Below are positions 56,903 through 61,329 of a stretch of 61,329 nt of DNA, piece by piece. Where the stretch lies: the NCBI GenBank assembly GCA_964016885.1, contig CAXHJY010001558.1, positions 1-61,329 of the forward strand. The letters run 5' to 3'. The notes under the pieces were generated by a model that was given only the letters and a program-made list of their open reading frames with translations, had not been told where the DNA came from and searched no databases. The translations under genes and the position numbers were made by a program. The DNA is from Eledone cirrhosa (taxonomy: Eukaryota). The first letter of the stretch is position 1. Each line of letters opens with the position of its first letter.

Positions 56903-57304
56903 CATGCAGCTAAGATATACCATCAACCATGAAACCAGATCCTCCTGATGTTCTGCAAAGGTCATTCACTTTTTAAAATCAAGAGAACTGTTTCCTTATT
57001 GTTTGACGTTCTTATCAATCTATTTTAAATTGCCTTCGATTTATTATCGATTTTCGTTTCCAATATAAATTCAAACCCAAAAATTCAATTGCATTTAACA
57101 TTTTTATTGCTAAAAAAAAATTTATATAAATTTTTATGATAAAAAACCCAGCCGGAATTGTTACTTTTCCGTGGTAACACATTCACAAATCTGTTTGCTA
57201 GGACCATCAAGCAGCACCCTTCCGATACTTTGTAAATGTGTATCTAAGTCTAATATGTTTATAACTACACTACCTCAGTGTGAGTGTGTGTCTGTGAAAT
57301 ATAT

Positions 57305-57975
57305 ATACATATAAACCAGGTCCGAACGTAAAAGAACCAAACTCCCACTGCCACCGTCTCGCTCGCTCTTCCCATTCCTCACTATTGTGAGCAAATGGGG
57401 GTACACGCGCTGGTCGCCCCGGCGGACAGAATAGCGAAGACGTTTCTTCGGAGTATGGTGAGGAAGATGTGTTGGAAGAGCCATTCCAGCTCGTGAGACT
57501 CACACCTGCGGTTAGCTAACTCTGTGCCGATGATGGTGAGTAGGGATGTGGCCCTAGGGCCAAGGACACCAGAAGTCTCCACTGCTACAGGTAGCCGACT
57601 CTGTGCCGATGGTGGTGAGCAAGGAGGTGACCCTTGGGCCAAAGAGACCAGAAGTCTCCACTGCTACGAGTAGCCAACTCTGTGCCGATGGTGGTGAGTA
57701 GGGATGTGGCCCTAGGGCCAAGGACACCAGAAATCTCCACTGCTACGGGTAGGTAGCTCTGTGCCGATGGTGGTGAGTAGGGATGTGGCCCTAGGGCCAA
57801 GGACACCAGAAATCTCCACTGCTACGGGTAGGTAGCTCTGTGCCGATGGTGGTGAGCAAGGAGGTGACCCTTGGGCCAAAGAGACCAGAAGTCTCCACTG
57901 CTACGGGTAGCCAATTCTGTGTCAATGGTGGTGAACAAGGAGGTGACCCTAGGGCCAATGACACTTGAAGTCTCA
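57305..57975 (-). mobile_element. CRE-clade LINE 3' fragment with internal 79-bp tandem array x~6
   Basis: VAVETSGVLGPRATSLLTTIGTEL segment repeated at 57520, 57599, 57678, 57757, 57836 and 57915. Confidence 0.88.
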
Positions 57976-60067
57976 TATCAACTGGAGTGTTAAACAGCTC
58001 AAGTTTAACTGAATGACCTACGATGACCTACAAATGACAGCGCAAGATAACAAACAAAGGTTTCTTTTAACACATGTATGTTGTATTATGCAGTTAGTAT
58101 AGCAAGTTTAGAAAATCAGCTTTGACATTCATTCATGTTATAAACACGTTTGTATCATATTATATACTAAATCGATTCCGGCAGACTGAAGGTTTTAACA
58201 CAGAAAAGAAAGGTTAAAAATGTCGTCTACTTTATATGATTAAAAACCTTTTTTTTTTTTTTTTTTTTTTTGAGAAATATTAATTTTATTTCGAAATACT
58301 CAAATATATTTCTAGGATAAAAAATTATGTAAAAAAACAATAAAGAATTTAATTGTTTCTACTTAGTAGAAACAATTATTAGAAACAATTATTAAAATAA
58401 AGTACCAGTAATGCACTGTGGTAATTGCTGGCCTTGTGCCAAAAGTAGAAACAATTATTTTCAAGAAATAAACCTCATTGGTCATTCCATAAGAATATCT
58501 TGGATAGCCTATGAACTTTTCAGCCGCCCCTTGTACCAGTCAAGTACTGGAGTCGATTTAATCGGACCCCCCCCCCCTCCCTTCAATATTTTTAGCTTTC
58601 TGCCTCCGCAAGAAACCATTATAATCAATCAATCATATAGTAGTCGTCACTACTTCAAACCGTATTTTACAGCCGCCATTTTAGAAAGCGTAGATTTCAA
58701 AACAATGGCGCTACTATTAATACAAGACACACCTCCACAAACAATGCAACGACAGAAACATATTTTCCCAATCACTTACGTTTCTAGAAATGGAAAGAAA
58801 GCGTGAGTTAGCAAAACAATGGTGCCATTATACACTTATAGAATCTACATTCCGAAATAATGGTATTGCTATTGATATCTGAGAGATTTTCCAAATAAAG
58901 ATTCCTCTATTAACATTAGAAATAAAACCTGCACGGCTTCATGTGTTACTATTAACAAAAGAAAGATTTTCCCAAACAATATGGCCGCCTGAAAGAAGAT
59001 TTCCCCCTAACAAGATGGCCGTCAGTTTTAGCTCAGAGATAATGTTTACAACATTATGTAGTTGAAAAGTTACATTGGGATTTTACTTAAAATCTTGTCT
59101 TCCCACTCGGTGAAAAGAAATATTATATAATAGAACGTTACATTTTAGGCACAGGAGTGGCTGTGTGGTTAAGGAGTGAATTTTACAATCAGTGGGTTTC
59201 GAGTTCATTCCCAGGGTGTGGTACATTGGGGAAGTATTTTTTTCTGAATGAAATTTCGTTGGCGTAAAGTACCAAAACTCGTCGTGTGTGTGTGTATGTA
59301 TGTGTGTGTGTGTGTGTGTGTTTGTGTGTGTGTCTCGAAACCTAACAGTTCGACACAAAGTATTCTATTTTTAAAAAATAACAGATTTTAAAAAACATAA
59401 ATATTGGAGTCAATATGATTGATTGACTAAATCTCTTCAACACAGTGCCCCAGTTAGGCCGCAGGCCACTCGTGGCGAAAGCCACACAAAAGGACCACGG
59501 CCAGTACACACAACGTCACAAATATGTTATCTCCATTGTCATTGTATTGAGTTCTTCCCATGACTGACATTCAAACCATTTTATGGTCTGGTCTCTCTAT
59601 ATAACATCTAACAATAATTCGATATTTCTTTAAGGCTTCTTCATAACATATGCTATAGGCCCCATACTAGTTTAATCCAGTTCTGCTACGTTCATTTCTA
59701 GGGGTCATGGTTATATTTATTTGCCCCATCTTTTTCTTTCACTCCTTCCCTGCCTCTTCACATATATCCACGTTCTACTTTTCCTCATCCCTTCCAAATA
59801 TATCCTATATTTTCATTTTCCTTCGTACCCTATTGCTTTTCACCCCCCACCCCCCAACATCCACCCCTCCCCCCATCTCGTGTTCTGTTTATGTTCCTGT
59901 ACATTCTGTATTCATATTCCCGCTGGGGGTCAACTTTGCTTTTCAATCCTCAGGGTCGTTAAAACAAGTAACATAAAAACTGGGTCGACTTAATACATCC
60001 AAAATTTGAGATTTTGTTCTCCCAAAAGATTAATCCTTCTGTGTGGGTGGGGGGTTTCCATAAAATA

Positions 60068-60985
60068 AGGATTTCTACTAAAGGCACAAGGCCAGCAATT
60101 TGGGGGAAGGGAAAGTCGATTAAATCGACCCCAGTGCATTACTGGTACTTTATATATCGACCCCGCACAGCAATTACCCCAGTACATTACTGGTACTTAT
60201 TTTATCGACCCCGTACGGATCAAAGTCAAAGCTAACTTCAGCGGGATTTGAACTCAGAACGTAAAGGGACTATATGCCACAAAGGATTTGGTCCGACGCT
60301 CTACCGATTCTGCCAAGCCCCCAGCATCGATAAAATAACTGTTTCTAGTTTTAGCACAAGGCCAGCAATTCCCCCCCCCCCCCCCAGTACGTTACTGGTA
60401 CTTTATTTTATCGAAAAGTTAACCTCGGCGGAATTTGAACTCAGATCGTAAAGGGCCGCAACTCTATGCTGCAAATCATGGCGTCCTACCCTCTACCGAT
60501 ACCAGTCAATTACTAGTGTCGATATAGTTGACTTTCCGCTCACTCGTGCTTAGCCTAGACGCCATTATAACTGTTATCACTTTTATATGGCGGAGGACTG
60601 GCAGTATCGGTAGAGGGTCGGACGCCATGCTTTGCAGCATAGAGTTACGGCCCTTTACGATCTGAGTTCAAATTCCGCCGAGGTTAACTTTTCGATAAAA
60701 TAAAGTACCAGTAACGTACTGGGGGTAATTGCTGGCCTTGTGCTAAAACTAGAAACAGTTATTTTATCGATGCTGGCGGCTTGGCAGAATCGGTAGAGCG
60801 TCGGGCCAAATGCTTCACGTTCTGAGTTCAAATCCCGCCGAGGTTAACTTTGCCTTTCATCCTTACGCGACGGGAGGGGGGGAGGGAGTCGATAAAATAA
60901 AGTACCAGTCACGCACTGGGGTCGATTTAATCGACTTTCCAAGCTCCTCAAATTGCTGGCCTTGTGCCTATAGTAGAAATAATTA
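60068..60985. mobile_element. Cluster of ~4 SINE S1 copies in divergent orientation
   Basis: Minus copies 60068-60507, plus copies 60588-60985. Confidence 0.9.
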
Positions 60986-61329
60986 TAACTGTTATCACCA
61001 CCATCATCGTTGTCACTGTTGTCATCGTTACCATCGTTACCATCGTCATCTGTTTTCTCTCCTCATTCTAATTCTATTATCCCCCCCCCCCCCCCATGTT
61101 ACCCAATCTGAATAAAACACTGGACACTTCTCTAAAGAAATCACACCCCAAACAAACAATTAACAATGACTGTATTGTGTATGACATGAGAGGGAGATGG
61201 GGAGAGAGACAGAGAGAGGGGGATAGTGAGGAAGAGAGAGAGCTAGAAAGACAGAGAGAGAGAGATAAATAGATAGATATGTTTCTTTATTAGCCACAGG
61301 GGCACAACAGAAGGGGACAAATACAAAGG

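Overview
AT-rich eukaryotic non-coding DNA (intronic or intergenic), most likely from an octopod cephalopod; this is inferred from recalled SINE/LINE families, not from a search. No intact protein-coding gene, tRNA, rRNA or CRISPR array is supported, and nearly all long ORFs in the track are translated microsatellites. The window is a mosaic of (TA)n/(CA)n/(ACT)n microsatellites, about ten minisatellites, more than 20 copies of a tRNA-derived SINE, and relics of CRE, RTE, L1/Tx1, hAT, Tc1/mariner and piggyBac elements. The main signal is a dense set of type I hammerhead ribozymes (HHRs) from at least 8 unrelated Penelope-like element (PLE) families, mostly sitting in (TA)n tracts. Several have intact cores and covarying stems, and two show a U3-A8 core variant. 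Most inverted copies fold back inside the ribozyme itself. Four families share a bulged hairpin (ACUC-stem-UY-GAGU) downstream of the HHR that I cannot assign to a described motif. One hAT MITE is caught giving rise to a 28-copy 52-bp minisatellite, and there is one possible 198-bp host exon on the minus strand.
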